64,000 nt of DNA. Source: Octopus vulgaris. Its lineage: Eukaryota. Both the position numbers and the translations under genes were made by a program. Of this stretch, positions 1-13,092 are shown one piece after another (position 1 is the first letter of the stretch; the number at the start of each line of letters is the position of its first letter). The stretch covers positions 6,572,001 through 6,636,000 of the forward strand of contig OX597842.1 in NCBI GenBank assembly GCA_951406725.2, read 5' to 3'. Under the pieces are notes generated by a model, which worked only from the letters and a program-made list of their open reading frames with translations, was not told the origin of the DNA and did not search any database.

Positions 1-269
1 TTTGCTGGACTGCTAAGTTACGGGAACGTAAATGCACCAGCATCGGTTGTTAAGTGATGTTGGGGGTGACAAACACAGATACACATATATATATATATAC
101 ATATATACGATGGGATTCTTTCAGTTTCCGTCTACCAAATCTACCCACAAGGCTTTGGTCGGCCTGAAGCTATAGTAGAAGACACTTGCCCAAGGTGCCA
201 TGAAGTGGGACTGAACCCGGAACCATGTGTTTCGTAAGCAAGCTACTTACCACACAGCCACTCCTGCAC
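1..269 (-). mobile_element. Octopus-type tRNA-derived CORE-like SINE (family A), partial
   Basis: Reverse complement of the GGAGTGGCTGTGTGGTAAGTAGC...GGTTCAGTCCC...CCTTGGGCAAGTGTC head that recurs >20 times in the window. Confidence 0.85.
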
Positions 270-598
270 CATAGTTCTTAAATCTTGGTGAAATCATACA
301 CCCTGTTCATCATTTCAGTCATCAATGTTGTCTGAGAAACAATTCAAGTGACGGTGGAGGTAATGCACTTTGATGCTGATATTACTGTTGAATTAATGCT
401 TTATGGCTCTCAAGAAAATTTCTTGCAACCAGAGTGAACAAAGACCATGCAACCGCCTCAGCATTGTTTATCGAATCTTGGAAATGTGGATGTTTCATGA
501 GCTTCCTGCGTCCCATCAAAGCAACCTTCCTTCAGCTTCACACTCAGTGCTGGAAACTTTCTACAGATGTAGTCAAAGCAGGCCCATTCTTTGTTTAA

Positions 599-1364
599 CC
601 TTTTAGCATTTAAACTAGCCAAAATATTCTGGTACCGATAGAAGTACCAGACTTAAAAAGTATTGGGATTGATTCATTCAATTAAAAATTCTTCAAAGAG
701 GTGCTCCAGCATGGTTGCAGTCTGATGACTGAAACAAATAAAAGAGAAAAGGTGACTTCAGCATGACTTGTGCAACATAGATAAAATTTCATTTTGTCTC
801 AATTGCATACAGCTACACCTTTCTGGCCCAATATTTCAACACTAATTACTATATTTAACCCTTTCGTTACTGTATTTATTTTGAGATGCTCTGTGTTTCT
901 TTCAATTACTTTAAATACAACAAAAAAATTTAGCAAAATAACTTAGTTATTATTAAGCTAGTGTTAGGAACATAAATTGTGACTAAGGTTTGGTGGAAGA
1001 TTTTAATTCAAAACTTATGAAAACAAGACATTTATACTCAGAGCCAGAGCCGGGTTGGTAACGAAAGGGTTAAACTGGCCATAGCCTGCCCAAATATTCT
1101 ACTTGTTTTATGTTCAAACCAGCCAGATCTGATCACTCACACCTACCCTGCCACTGCCCTATTACCACAGGGGAGAAAACTCATGCAGTAATATAATGCA
1201 CCTACAGTTAAGATGGTGAATTTTCTTCTAGATCAGTAGAGTGGATACATAAAATATCCCTGTTTTATATGAAAATATGCGATCACATGAAAGCTACAAG
1301 ATAACACATAACAATGTGAATAAATAAGTGCTACATTTGACAGGGTAATCTGAATGCTAAAAGG
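599..1364. mobile_element. piggyBac-type non-autonomous element with nested insertions
   Basis: TTAA-CCTTTTAGCATT ... AATGCTAAAAGG-TTAA terminal inverted repeats with TTAA target duplication. Confidence 0.6.
859..1069. mobile_element. piggyBac-type MITE
   Basis: TTAA-CCCTTTCGTTAC ... GTAACGAAAGGG-TTAA; same family as 30619-30838 and 30870-31090. Confidence 0.85.
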
Positions 1365-2029
1365 TTAAACCTAGTCTGATGTGCAGGGGTGGTAAAACGA
1401 TCTTATTTCTGTCAACCAAATGTTCTGCAATTACATTCTTTTCTCCAATGACCTGTCTCTCCTTAGATCTACTTTCCCAGAGACAAATAAAACAGGGATA
1501 TTTTATGTATCCACTCTACTGATCTAGAAGAAAATTCACCATCTTAACCTTCAGTACACTGTAGGTGCATTATATTATTGCATGAGTTTTCTCCCCTGTG
1601 GTAATAGGGCAGTGGCAGGGGAAACAATTCCAGAGAAAATGCTGTGTGCTAAAAGTTAAGATACCAACAGGTTAGCCATTGTTGTGGAAAGAACAGAAAA
1701 GATAAGGCTCTTAGCCCTTTAAGGTATGTGATCTTGAAAATAACATTTTTATTGATTTTTTTTATTGTTTAAATTTCTGTACAGTCATGGCCAAAAAAGT
1801 GTGGAACATTTTTTAAAAAATTAAAATTGTTATGCCCAAGTACAACTTGATTCAAATATACGCAATGTAGAGATATACTTACCAAGTAACTGATTGAAAG
1901 GTCAGTTATATATTAAATATAACTTTGGGCATTCAGTAAAAATTCTAATTTTCAGATCTGTGTTCCAAACTTTTGGCCAGGATTGTATGGATCAAAACTA
2001 AGTCAAAATTGGTACCAATTTCATTAGAC

Positions 2030-2230
2030 CCGCTTCCATCATGAATGACTGGAATTTCAACTCTGAGGCACAAGTCCAGACAAGGTTGTTTATGGAAGAC
2101 CCAGCACTCTGCTCTCCACACCACCAGTGTTATCCAAGGGAAAGGAAAAGATCAATACAGCTTGGCACCAGTGACATCACAACTTGTTTCTACAGTTGAG
2201 TGAACTGGAGCAATGTGAAATAAAGTGCTT
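2030..2230 (-). mobile_element. SINE family B fragment
   Basis: Similar to 10340-10666 (TTATCCAAGGGAAAG...CAGCTTGGCACCAGTGAC...GAACTGGAGCAA). Confidence 0.6.
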
Positions 2231-2417
2231 CAGACCAGTAAAGTTTATGTGCAATAAACAAAACATTTTAACAGTTTTTATACAAATCATAATAATATTT
2301 AATAATAAAAATACAATAGGCTTTTTTTAAACATCAAATGGCTATGGGTGGTGAGGTCCACAAAAGTAAAATAGAAATCACAGGGGTCCATAGGTGAGAA
2401 ATGGTTGAGAACCCCTG

Positions 2418-2905
2418 GTATAGGGCAACCTCTTGAACTATCAGTTTTTAGTGTACCAACAGCAAAGATCCCTCGATGTCTAAGATGAATCATAATTTCA
2501 GGGCTTGCAGATAGATTATCAAAGAAAATCTTATGCTTATCCTTTGTAAGGTGTAGCACCAGATTCTCACTCTCTCCAAGCTCATACAGAAGCCAAACAT
2601 TTACTGGTGGTCCTTTTGCATATTTTCCCCCAAGGAATTCAAAATCATAAATGTAGCCCAATGTTCCTGCACAACACCATATCTTGTAAATTTGTTTCGG
2701 TTGTGAAAGGAACTGAAAGCAAACCAACATAACATCTGGTTGGCCTCTGGTGCAGGATCCTCACCATCAAAGTTGGAAATTGTCAGGATTCGGTGATTGT
2801 CATACCAGCCACAAATTACAAGATTATGTCTTTCTTGAAAAACTTGCAAATGGATCCCTGTCCCTCCTTTCTCACTGCTTGATTTTGTAGGGATAGGGCA
2901 ACTGT
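2418..2905 (-). pseudogene. piggyBac/PGBD-like transposase remnant, rearranged
   Basis: Translations contain GYIYDFEF, HKIFFDNLSASPE, GIFAVGTLK, RGCPIP and WYDNHRILTISNF, typical of PGBD DDD transposases. Confidence 0.75.
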
Positions 2906-4041
2906 TTGACTCATGTTGATAAAATAGAAGGTAATGGTGATTCAGCTACTCTTAAAGAGGTTGCCATTTTAAAAGGATTAGCATTTGATTTCTTTGTGTG
3001 TAGCAGAGGAAGAAGGCTGTAGAACCACCGGGTCAAACTCTGAAGAAAGGAATATCACAGACAGGAAGATGAGGGCTGAGTTTGATAGCAAATGATGGAC
3101 AATGGAGTACTTCTGGGAGGAAGTCCCTGATGTTGAGAAACAAAGTGACTTGCTATAAGCACACTGTGAAAGGAGAGGCTAAGAATGATTTCAAGAGGGA
3201 GATGGACCACTAATCTGAGGAGGGTATTTTAATGCCATAGAAAGAGGAGGCCATGGTCTAGCCTGGTCAGTGCTAGATTTTCGAGAGTTGAATGAGCACA
3301 TCTCAAGTCAAATGGGCAGTGAAGCAGCAGATATATACATGAGGAAACATGTGGGATGACAATGATCATTGGTCTCAAGTTGTCATATCTGCAACTCCAC
3401 ATGGATGAGAAATTGTGGAGGTTGTACAGGCTGGTGAGGTACAAAAGCAGGACATACTGACTTAGTTGGGGTTTGGTTTGAACTCAGTACCCAGAATCCC
3501 AATAAAGGTTTTTCAAGGTGATCTTCAGGAAGGTTACTAAAGCGAAGCAGGTTACAAATTCATACATTCTGGCAGATGAGACTACCAGGGGAATTTGTGG
3601 ATCATCAGAGGAAATAATAGGAGGCACTGTGCTGGGACTCGAGAGAGACAAGGTAGGTAGACTTTTGTTTCAGAGAGGAAACAAAAAATTCCAGACCTGC
3701 ATGAGGACATGAAGGTGAGAAACTGGTAGGCCATTATCCTGTTGCAGGATGGCTCTGAACAGCAAAGGTAAGTTGAAGGAGTGAGGTGGGGTGCAAAAGT
3801 AGGAGAGAAGGTAGTTGCCATGAGGCAAGGCATTCTGGAGAGAGTGGGAATAGAGCGGAGTTAGTATATGCATGAAAAAAAAAAAAACAGGAATTGTATG
3901 GTGTGAAGTGATACATTAACCCCAGTGATTTTGTCCATTTCTGTTTTCTTCACTACCTCTTTTTGTTTACCTGGCTATTTCTCCAGTCCAATTATTATGT
4001 GAGTGATTTGAAAAAATTCATTCATTTTTATCTACCATTTG

Positions 4042-4597
4042 TTGGGTTGTCCGGAAAGTTCATGCCGATTTATAGTAGCTTACCTTTCGACTTATTTTAG
4101 AACATGGTTGAGTCCATAAAATAGGATTTGACTACACCTCCATTTAGAGCACAGTTTAAGATATCTTTTCGTAGAAGAAGGTTTATGTTCCTATAACCAG
4201 TGTTAATTCTGTAACCCTTTAAAATGGAAGATAAGAAAGTTCATTTTCGGCACTTGATGCTTTGGGAACCAGACAAAAATTGCTGCAGCTCGGCTGGGAT
4301 GTGTTACCCCACCCTCCATATTCACTAGATATTGCTCCTTTGGATTTCCACTTATTCAGGTCTCTGCAGAATAGTCTTAATGGTAAAAATTTCAATTCCT
4401 TGGAAGATACCTTGATGAATTCTTTACCATGAAACCACCTCACTTCTAGGAAGAGGGTATTTTCAAGTTAAAGGAAAGATGGAGATGCATTGTGCAAGAA
4501 AATGGTTCATATTTGGTTGATTAAAAATGTAATGGCAAGTATTTATTGACCTTTTCCTTTCCTTTAAAAATCGGCACAAACTTTCCGGACAACCTAA
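4042..4597 (+). mobile_element. mariner internal-deletion derivative
   Basis: About 30-bp TIRs TTGGGTTGTCCGGAAAGTT... / ...AACTTTCCGGACAACCTAA; internal HPPYSLDIAPLDFHLFRSLQN (mariner YSPDLAPSD motif) and RWRCIVQENG. Confidence 0.85.
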
Positions 4598-4959
4598 TAT
4601 TTCAAATGCAAAAATATTAATGTATTTATATTGCTTAAAATAAAATTAGTGCAACATTTAATATTTGCATTGCTTTTTAACCAACATTAAATCAAATCAA
4701 ATCAAAGGCCTGCTATATAAAATGAAATAATTTGTGAAATTAAATATTGCTTAATTAATACAAAATACATGCCTCAACATAAAATTTATAATAAACATAA
4801 ATTACGAAGTGTAATTCTGATGCTTTTGATAATTAGTGGAGTTGAAATTAATTCTGGGCCAAAGAATGAGCAAAATGGAATGGGTCAATAATAATGAAGG
4901 AAATGATAAAAGAATTTTTTCATGCTTTGTTTCATAGCTGGTAATGTAATGGTTCAAAA

Positions 4960-5290
4960 CCATTGAGCTATCTGTATGAACAGCCATGCTACAAGGCAGT
5001 GAAACATTGGCTGTGACTGCTGAGGACATGCGTAAGCTCACAAGGAATGAAGCCAGTATGCTCTGATGGATGTGTAATGTCAGTGTGTATACTCGACAGA
5101 TTGTAAGTACCTTGAGAGAAAAGTTGGACCTAAGAAGCATCAGATGTAGTGTGCAAGAGAGACGACCATGCTGGTATGACCATGTGGCAAGAATGGATGT
5201 GGATAGCTGTGTGAAAAAGTGCCACACCCTAGCGGTTGAGGGAACCTGTGGAAGAGGTAGACCCAGGAAGACCTGGGATGAGGTGGTGAA
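4960..5290 (+). mobile_element. RTE-clade LINE 3' fragment
   Basis: RRPCWYDHVARM...EGTCGRGRPRKTWDEVV matches the RTE RT C-terminal LRWxGHVxRM/GRPRKxW motif. Confidence 0.75.
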
Positions 5291-5696
5291 GTCTCAAATC
5301 TTTACTCTTTTACTTGTTTCAGTCCTTTGACTGTGGCTATGCTGGAGCACCGTCTTTAGTCAAGCAAATCGACCCCAGGACTTATCGGTTTATTTTGTCG
5401 AACCACTAAGTTACGGGGACGTGAACACACTACCATTGGTTGTCAAGCAATGTGGGGTGGGGGACAAACACAGACACACAAATATATACACACACATACA
5501 TATGTATATACATATAAATGAAGTAAACGATGATTGTCTACTTATTGGTGATTCTGGACTATTTTTTTGCTAAATTATGTTATCTGCTGATCTGCAAGTA
5601 TTTCATTAGGGTTCACCAAAAACAAGGAGCAGCGAGGCATCCACAAGACATGTTGAGGGAAAATGAAATTGAAACAAATTTGATTTTATGAAATAG

Positions 5697-6005
5697 GCAT
5701 TGGAGTGGCTGTGTAGTAAGTAGCTTACTTATGAACCGCATGGTTCCGGGTTCAGTCCCACTACTAGAGCCTCAGGCCGGCCAAATCCTTATGTGTGGAT
5801 TTGGTAGACGGAAACTGAAAGAAACCTGTCGCATATATGCTGGTGTGTTTACATCCCCGTAACTTAGCAGTTCAGCAAAAGAGACCGATAGAATAAGTAC
5901 TAGGCTTACAAAGAATAAGTCCTGGGATTGATTTACTCGACTAAAGGCTCAGTGGGACTGAACTCCAGCATGGCCACAGTCAAATGACTGAAACAAGTAA
6001 AAGAG
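5697..6005 (+). mobile_element. SINE family A
   Basis: A-box/B-box-like head and CCAGCATGGCC...GACTGAAACAAGTAAAAG tail. Confidence 0.8.
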
Positions 6006-6626
6006 GAAATTACCAAAATGTAATTTTAGGGAGACAAAAATTCATAAAACAAGTAGCAAAAGTGTGGGGGTAAAAAAAAAAGAAAAAATGGTTTTGATGG
6101 TGGGGAAGGAAAAATATTAAAAATGGCAATTGAGGATTTTTTTTTTTTTTCAAAAATGAAATAATATTTTCAGTGGCATACCCACATAAGTGTGCCCCCA
6201 CCCTGGTCTTTGTTGTCTCATAACAGAAAAATGGATTCTTTTTAATGACATTTTCTACAAATATGTTTCAGAGGGTGTAGGTACTGATTATATTGGAACT
6301 TGTGAAAATTTTTTCCATGTGTGAGAAAAGTTTCAGGAAATTCACATGAGTTGGTTTTCAGAAAAATTGTTCAGCAAATGGCATTGAAAAGTCACAACAA
6401 TGATGAGATGCTGATGTCTGTCACTCTGCAAGGGACCTGGCGTGAGTTGTCTTGCTTTCCTATGACATACTTTCAGGTGTATTCAATTCCAGGTGCATTG
6501 AGAAGATATTCTATTATATTTAAATGAACTAACAACACACACCTTGAGTATGTGTGTTCAATTTTGTTTTTATATATAGGTGTAAGAGTGGCTGTGTGGT
6601 AAGTAGCTTGCTTACGAACTACATGG

Positions 6627-8535
6627 CCACACGTTTAAGTTTAACAATAAAATATATGCCCAGGACGAGGGGGCAGCCATCGGTGTTAGTATCGCTGGTG
6701 ATGTAGCCAACCTTTTCATGGTATGGTGGGACAGAAGGCTTAAAGAACGCCTAACACAGAACTCCATACTCGTGAACATGTACTCTCGCTATGTTAATGA
6801 TATCAACATAGTGGTAAAGGCACACCCACAAGAGAGTATCATTGATATAGTATTAGAAACTAATACTATGGAGAGCATCCAGAAAATAGCTAACTACATC
6901 CACCAGAGTATTAAGGTCACAATAGACTACCCCACTAAACACCCCAACCATAGACTACCAGTACTAGACACTGAACTCTGGCTAGAAATTGTGAAAAATA
7001 AAACCCAAATCCTTCATTCATACTATGCAAAACCTATGGCCTCAAAATACCTGATCCACCGGAACTCAGCCATTGCGGGCAATGCCAAATTCAATATTTT
7101 GATGGCAGACCTCATCAGAATAATGAGAAATGTGTCATGCATGTGCGAGCCTACAGAATTAAAGAGACACATACAGTATTTCATTCACCGCATGCAGTTC
7201 TCAGGTTACAGCCATAAAGAAAGGATCAGAGTATACAAAGAAGCCATGAAGAAATTTGATAATATATTATGTAATGATAGGAATGGGATTTGCCCACTCT
7301 ATAGGAACAAGTCATGGAACACTATAGAAAGGACAAAAAAGAAAATAGGGAAGGCCAACTCTTGGTATGATAGCCATAAATACCAGAGTGTCATGTTCGT
7401 TGACACCACCCCTGGAGGTGAACTGGTGTATCGCTTTAGAAGGACCCTAGACAAACTAAAGCTAAGAATTAAGGTTGTTGAAAAGCCAGGCAACCCTATC
7501 AAATCTATAATTGGTAGAACCTATCCTTTTAGTTGAACCCCCTGTACGGATAAGTACTGTACTGTATGTAGATTTAGCCCACAAACAAACTGTAAAGCCA
7601 GAAATGTAGTCTATAGTATAAGATGTATAGAGGGACGATGCAGTATCAAGACAACGATCATATAGGGGAAATGGCAAGAAGCATAGGAGAGCGGGTAAAT
7701 GTACATTGGAGACAACTCAAGGAAGGTAAAAGCTCATCGATTCTGTACCAACACGCCGAACAGGAACACGGGGGAATCAATCAACAACATAGAAATTAAA
7801 ATATTGTCCACACATAGAACAGATGCAACAATTTGACAAATTACAGAAGCTACACATATAATAGAAAATAAACCTAGCCTGAATAGAAAACTAGAATGGA
7901 GCAATAGCACACACCACAACATATGGTGGTAGAGGATCCTGAAAACATAATAAATACACAAATAAATAAACAAATAGAAATAAATAACTATATTATTTTT
8001 TTTTTTTGATTTATTATTATTATTACTAGTATTCTTGTTATACATACATACATACATACAAGCATATGTAATGATAATAATAAGTGGATGTAAACACATG
8101 AACAAAATAAGAATAAACAAAAACAACAAAAACAAATTACATGAACGTATATAAACAGAAGATACAAATATTACAGGCATCCCCCCACATACACACACTA
8201 AATAAACATAGACGCACATAGAGATACAAACATGCGCAAATGAAGACATACAATAGAAAAACAAAATGGCTGACGGTTAGTAAGGAGAGACACAAATAAG
8301 AAAGAAGAAAACAAAGGACCACAGATGCAGTCACAGGAGTGTGATGAAAGAACTTTGGCCGAAATAAGATTAAGATTAATGTAAAAAATAAATATCACTG
8401 AAGCAAAATAACACCAAATATATAGTGCGAGTGTTTTTATTGGCTAAACTGGCAAAATGACCATTCCGAAATATAACAATATCTGTTTCAACACACGACT
8501 TCACATAAAAAATCTTGCACAACAAATATATAAAC
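6627..8535 (+). mobile_element. Penelope-like element, 5'-truncated (RT C-terminus, decayed GIY-YIG, 3' pLTR)
   Basis: ORF 6718-7536 with YSRYVNDI (YxDD), LPVLDTELW, YYAKPM, SGYS; downstream frameshifted CKARNVVYSIRC..YxGE GIY-YIG region; 3' non-coding part recurs inverted at 62787-63325. Confidence 0.85.
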
Positions 8536-8574
8536 GTATATATATAAATGCGTATATAAACGTATATATATATA

Positions 8575-8985
8575 GGCGCAGGAGTGGCTGTGTTTTAAGT
8601 AGCTTGTTTACCAACCACATGGTTTCCGGGTTCAGTCCCACTGCATGGCACCTTGGGTAAGTGTCTTCTACTATAGCCTCGGGCTGACCAAAACCTTGTG
8701 AGTGGATTTGGTAGACGGAAACTGAAAGAAGCCAGTCGTATATATGTATATATATATATATATGCCTGTGTGTGTTTGTGTGTCTGTGTTTGTCCCCCTA
8801 GCATTGCTTGACAACTGATGCTGGTGTGTATACGTCCCCGTTACTTAGCGGTTCGGCAAAAGAGACCGATAGAATAAGTCCTGGGCTTACAAAAAGAATA
8901 AGTCCCGGGGTCGAGTTGCTTGATTAAAGGCGGTGCTCCAGCATGGCCGCAGTTAAATGACTGAAACAAGTAAAAGAATAAAAGA
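8575..8985 (+). mobile_element. SINE family A, full length
   Basis: Complete head, internal (TA)/(TG) microsatellite and AAAAGAAT tail, inserted in (TA)n. Confidence 0.9.
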
Positions 8986-9047
<62 letters not shown>

Positions 9048-9049
<2 letters not shown>

Positions 9050-9520
9050 AAATCGATCAATGGAAATTGCAGTGCCGGTGGCATGTCGAAACTCTACTTG
9101 TGAAGACCCGTTGAGGCAAGTGAAGATCAGAATGGAAATCGATCAATGGAAATTGCAGATGTGTTACCAGTGCCGGTGGCATGTAGGAGAACCTTCCGTT
9201 TCGCGACCGTTGCCAGCACCGCCCCGTTTCGTGTCCGTTGCCAGCCTCGCCTGGCCCTTGTGCCGGTGGCACATAAAAAGCACCATCCGTTCGTGGCCGT
9301 TTGCCAGCTCTGTCTGGCACCTGTGCGGGTGGCACGTAAAAAAGCACCCACTACACTCACGGAGTGGTTGGCGTTAGGAAGGGCATCAAGCCGTAGAAAC
9401 ACTGCCAGATCTGACTGGGCCTGATGAAGCCTTCTGGCTTCACAGACCCCAGTAGAACCGTCCAACCCATGCTAGCATGGAAAACGGACGCTAAACGATG
9501 ATGATGATGATGATGATGAT
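9048..9520 (+). mobile_element. RTE-related SINE/LINE 3' tail
   Basis: TTGGCGTTAGGAAGGGCATC...CCAACCCATGCTAGCATGG followed by a (GAT)n tail; internal GTGCCGGTGGCA repeats. Confidence 0.6.
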
Positions 9521-9707
9521 ATAATTATTATTTGAGGGAATAAGATCCAAACTTACAAGCAAAAAGAATTCAATTTACAAATACTAAATCAAATTCTACA
9601 CAATATAATATATATAAGATATTATAAAAAAAAACAACCTTTTATCAATTCAAAATGAATAATTAAATTACACCATCAAGAAAATTACATATAATATAAT
9701 GTATATA

Positions 9708-9877
9708 GGTGCAGGAGTGGCTGTGTGGTAAGTAGCTTGCTTACTAACCACATGGTTCCGGGTTCAGTCCCACTGCGTGGTACCTTGGGCAAGTGTCTTC
9801 TACTATAGCCTCGGGCCGAACAAAGCCTTGTGAGTGGATTTGGTAGACAGAAACTGAAAGAAGCCCATCGTATATAT

Positions 9878-9923
<46 letters not shown>

Positions 9924-10127
9924 GTATGTATGTTTGTCCCCCCAACATCGCTTGACAACTGATGCTGGTGTGTTTACGTCCCCGTAACTTAGAGGTTCGG
10001 CAAAAGAGACAGATAGAATAATTACTAGGCTTACAAAGAATAAGTCCCAGGGTTGATTTGCTTGACCAAAGGCAGTGCTCTAGCATGGCCACAGTCACAT
10101 GACTGAAACAAATAAAAGAGTAAAGAG
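9708..10127 (+). mobile_element. SINE family A, full length
   Basis: Near-identical to 8575-8985. Confidence 0.9.
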
Positions 10128-10297
10128 TATATAATAGGTAGAAAAACCTATTATATACATTATATTATTTTTGTAATTTACTTAATCTTTACGTTTTAAT
10201 TGTTATTTTAATTTTAACTTTTCTATTATATGTAATTTTCTAGATGGTGTAATTTAATTATTCATTTTGAATTGATAAAAGGGTTTTTTTTTATAAT

Positions 10298-10339
<42 letters not shown>

Positions 10340-10666
10340 AAAGACCCCCTTCGGTCATGAATGACCATGGGATTGCAACTAGAAAGTTACCCTCCTAGAC
10401 ACAAGTCCGGGCATGGTTGTTTATGGAAGACCAGCAGTCGCCCATGCATACCAGCCTCCCCTCTCCACGCCACCAGTGTTATCCAAGGGAAAGACAAAGG
10501 TCGATACAGCTTGGCACCAGTGACGTCGCAACTCATTTCTACAGCTGAGTGAACTGGAGCAACGTGAAATAAAGTGCCTTGCTCAAGAACACAACACGCA
10601 GCCCGGTCCGAGATTCGAGCTCACAACCTCACGATTGTAAGCTCGACGCTCTAACCACTGAGCCAT
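10340..10666 (-). mobile_element. tRNA-derived SINE family B
   Basis: Minus strand starts TGGCTCAGTGGTTAGAGCG...GCTCGAATC (A/B boxes); other copies near 12403-12515 (+) and 54700-54910 (-). Confidence 0.75.
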
Positions 10667-11934
10667 ATATATATGTATAGGATTAAGCCAATAGGTTTGG
10701 GGATCTCATGACATGCCATAAAGCCATAAAGCTAAGGCCTTTATGGATGTAAGACCTAATAAACCAATCTTATCTAATTTTAATATATACTGCTCTATAA
10801 CTTAGAGTGTACTTTTCTTTTTGAGGTCTATATTTTTATAGACGATATGTGTGTGTAATACATATATATATATAAGTACACACACCCACATATGCACACA
10901 CATTATGCAGTATACATATATGTGCATACACACAGACACACATACATCCGCTTCTCTCTCAAATTTTTTGTGACTTTTTATATATCTTATAATGTAAATA
11001 ACAAGTAAGAAAGTGGCAGTCAAACAGTATTAGTTGAGGTCATGACATATTGAGCACACCCTGAGAAGTAAATACCATGAAAAAATGCGTGTAACAGGAG
11101 CTGAAAAAAAGTCACCAGATCATATTAGTTACAATGTAAACAGGTAGATAAGAAACATTGGGCATTATAGAATGTTGATAGTATTGACAAAACATATTTG
11201 GTTATTAGATGAAAGGTGTCACAGAAAAAAACCCTGGAAATAATATATATGTATATATGAATGTTGAAAGTTTTCTTTTTGATACCTGAAGGCTGACATG
11301 AAACGGTAATGATGATGGTCTACTATTTTAAGGTATTTGAGGAATTGTAGTAATTTTCTGTGTCTTTACCTTTCCATGTCAGTGATTGGATCAATACCCT
11401 GGTGTGTCCCACATATTAAACAACAATAAAAACGTTCTGGTGAGTAAAACAGTAATTTATTTTGTTCTGTTTTTATTAATGTTGTTTTCTTTTCACTCCC
11501 AAACCTTTGTCCGGTGGGGGGATCATTTAGACAGTGGGTGTCCTGATGAGTAGAACAAAGCATTTCATTGTTATTTGTTTAACCCCAGGTTGTCCCAGAC
11601 CCAGCATCTTTATGTTCAGAGGCATTCTAACTGTGACCATCTGATCTTATTTGCAGAAATCCCAGGACCGCACTTTGTCTCACATTTTTTAAAAGAAAAT
11701 AGGGGGTCACTTGAGGGAGATTTGTTGTGTCTGCTAATCCCAGGTTTCATATAGAGACCTGGGTTTAGTAGACACATATATACATATATACACACGCATA
11801 CATATATACACATATATGTGTAATCTTTCTTTGTTTTATTACTGTTTTCTGCCTAGTATGTGTGTGTGCATTATGTACATGTATGTATGTATGTATGTAT
11901 GTATGTATATGTGTGTGTATGTGTATATATATAT

Positions 11935-12341
11935 TACTCTTTACTCTTTACTCTTTTACTTGTTTCAGTCCTTTGACTGCGGCCATGCTGGAGCACCGCC
12001 TTTAGTCGAGCAAATCAACCCTGGGACTTATTCTTTGTAAGCCCAGTACTTATTCTATCGGTCTCTTTTGCCGAACTGCTAACTGACGGGGACGTAAACA
12101 CACCAGCATCGGTTGTCAAGCAATGCTAGGGGGACAAACATAGACACACAAACATATACACACACATACATATATATACATATATATGACAGGCTTCTTT
12201 CAGTTTCTGTCTACCAAATCTACTCACAAGGCATTGGTCGGCCCGGGGCTATAGCAGAAGACACTTGCCCAAGATGCCACGCAGTGGGACTGAACCCGGA
12301 ACCATGTGGTCGGTTAGCAAGCTACTTACCACACAGCCACT
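11935..12341 (-). mobile_element. SINE family A
   Basis: Reverse-complement copy of the family consensus. Confidence 0.9.
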
Positions 12342-13050
12342 ATATATAATACATGTTCATGTGTGTGTGTGTGTGTGTGTGCGTGTGTGTGTACGTGTGT
12401 GAAGGCGCATGGCTCAGTGGTTAGAGTATCAGCCTCACAATCATAAGATAGTGAGTTTGAATCTCAGACCAGGCTGTGTGATGTGTTCTTGAGCAAGACA
12501 CTTTGCTCCAGTCCAGTCAGCTGCAGAGGTCTTGAACTTTGATGGTGGAAATTAAGTTTGGTGTCGTATCTGTTATAAACTTACCCTCTAGTATTATATA
12601 TAATAAAATCATGGGATATTGAGTTATATGGTGAATTAAATTGCATGTTGATGGGACACAACATATTTTGTTTCTATTTCTTGTCTGTTTTGTGGTCTGC
12701 AACTCCTAACTGCCGTGTCCGGAGCTCATTTTGCCAGCTGTCTGGTCACTGCTGGCTAACTGGCATTTGTCTACGGAACCCATATTTATAATGGTCATTC
12801 TAGCTAAAAGGATGGATATACCATCATAAGAGTAGCTTGTACCTATTTACACTTTTACTCTTTTACTTGTTTCAGTCATTTGACTGTGGCCATGCTGGAG
12901 CACTGCCTTTAGTCGAGCAAATCGATACCAGGACTTATTCTTTGTAAGCCTAGTACTTATTCTATCGGTCTCTTTTGCCAAACCACTAAGTTACAGGGAT
13001 CTAAACACACCGCCATCGGTTGTCAAGTGATGTTGGGGGGACAAACACAG

Positions 13051-13092
<42 letters not shown>

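Noticed and set aside
722-740. CUGAUGACUGAAAC
   Set aside because: Variant of the SINE tail with no room for stem II
2990-3870. Possible old LINE RT remnant on the minus strand
   Set aside because: Composition is suggestive but I could not recover diagnostic motifs by eye
8335-8372. GUGAUGA..CGAAA hammerhead-like motif in the PLE 3' region (also 62890-62920)
   Set aside because: First core base is G in both copies and there is no convincing stem III or UH site
9421-9445. CUGAUGA followed by an AGCC/GGCU hairpin
   Set aside because: No GAAA core strand follows the hairpin
11280-11312. CUGAAGG..GAAACGGUA motif
   Set aside because: Core mismatch and no paired stems I or II
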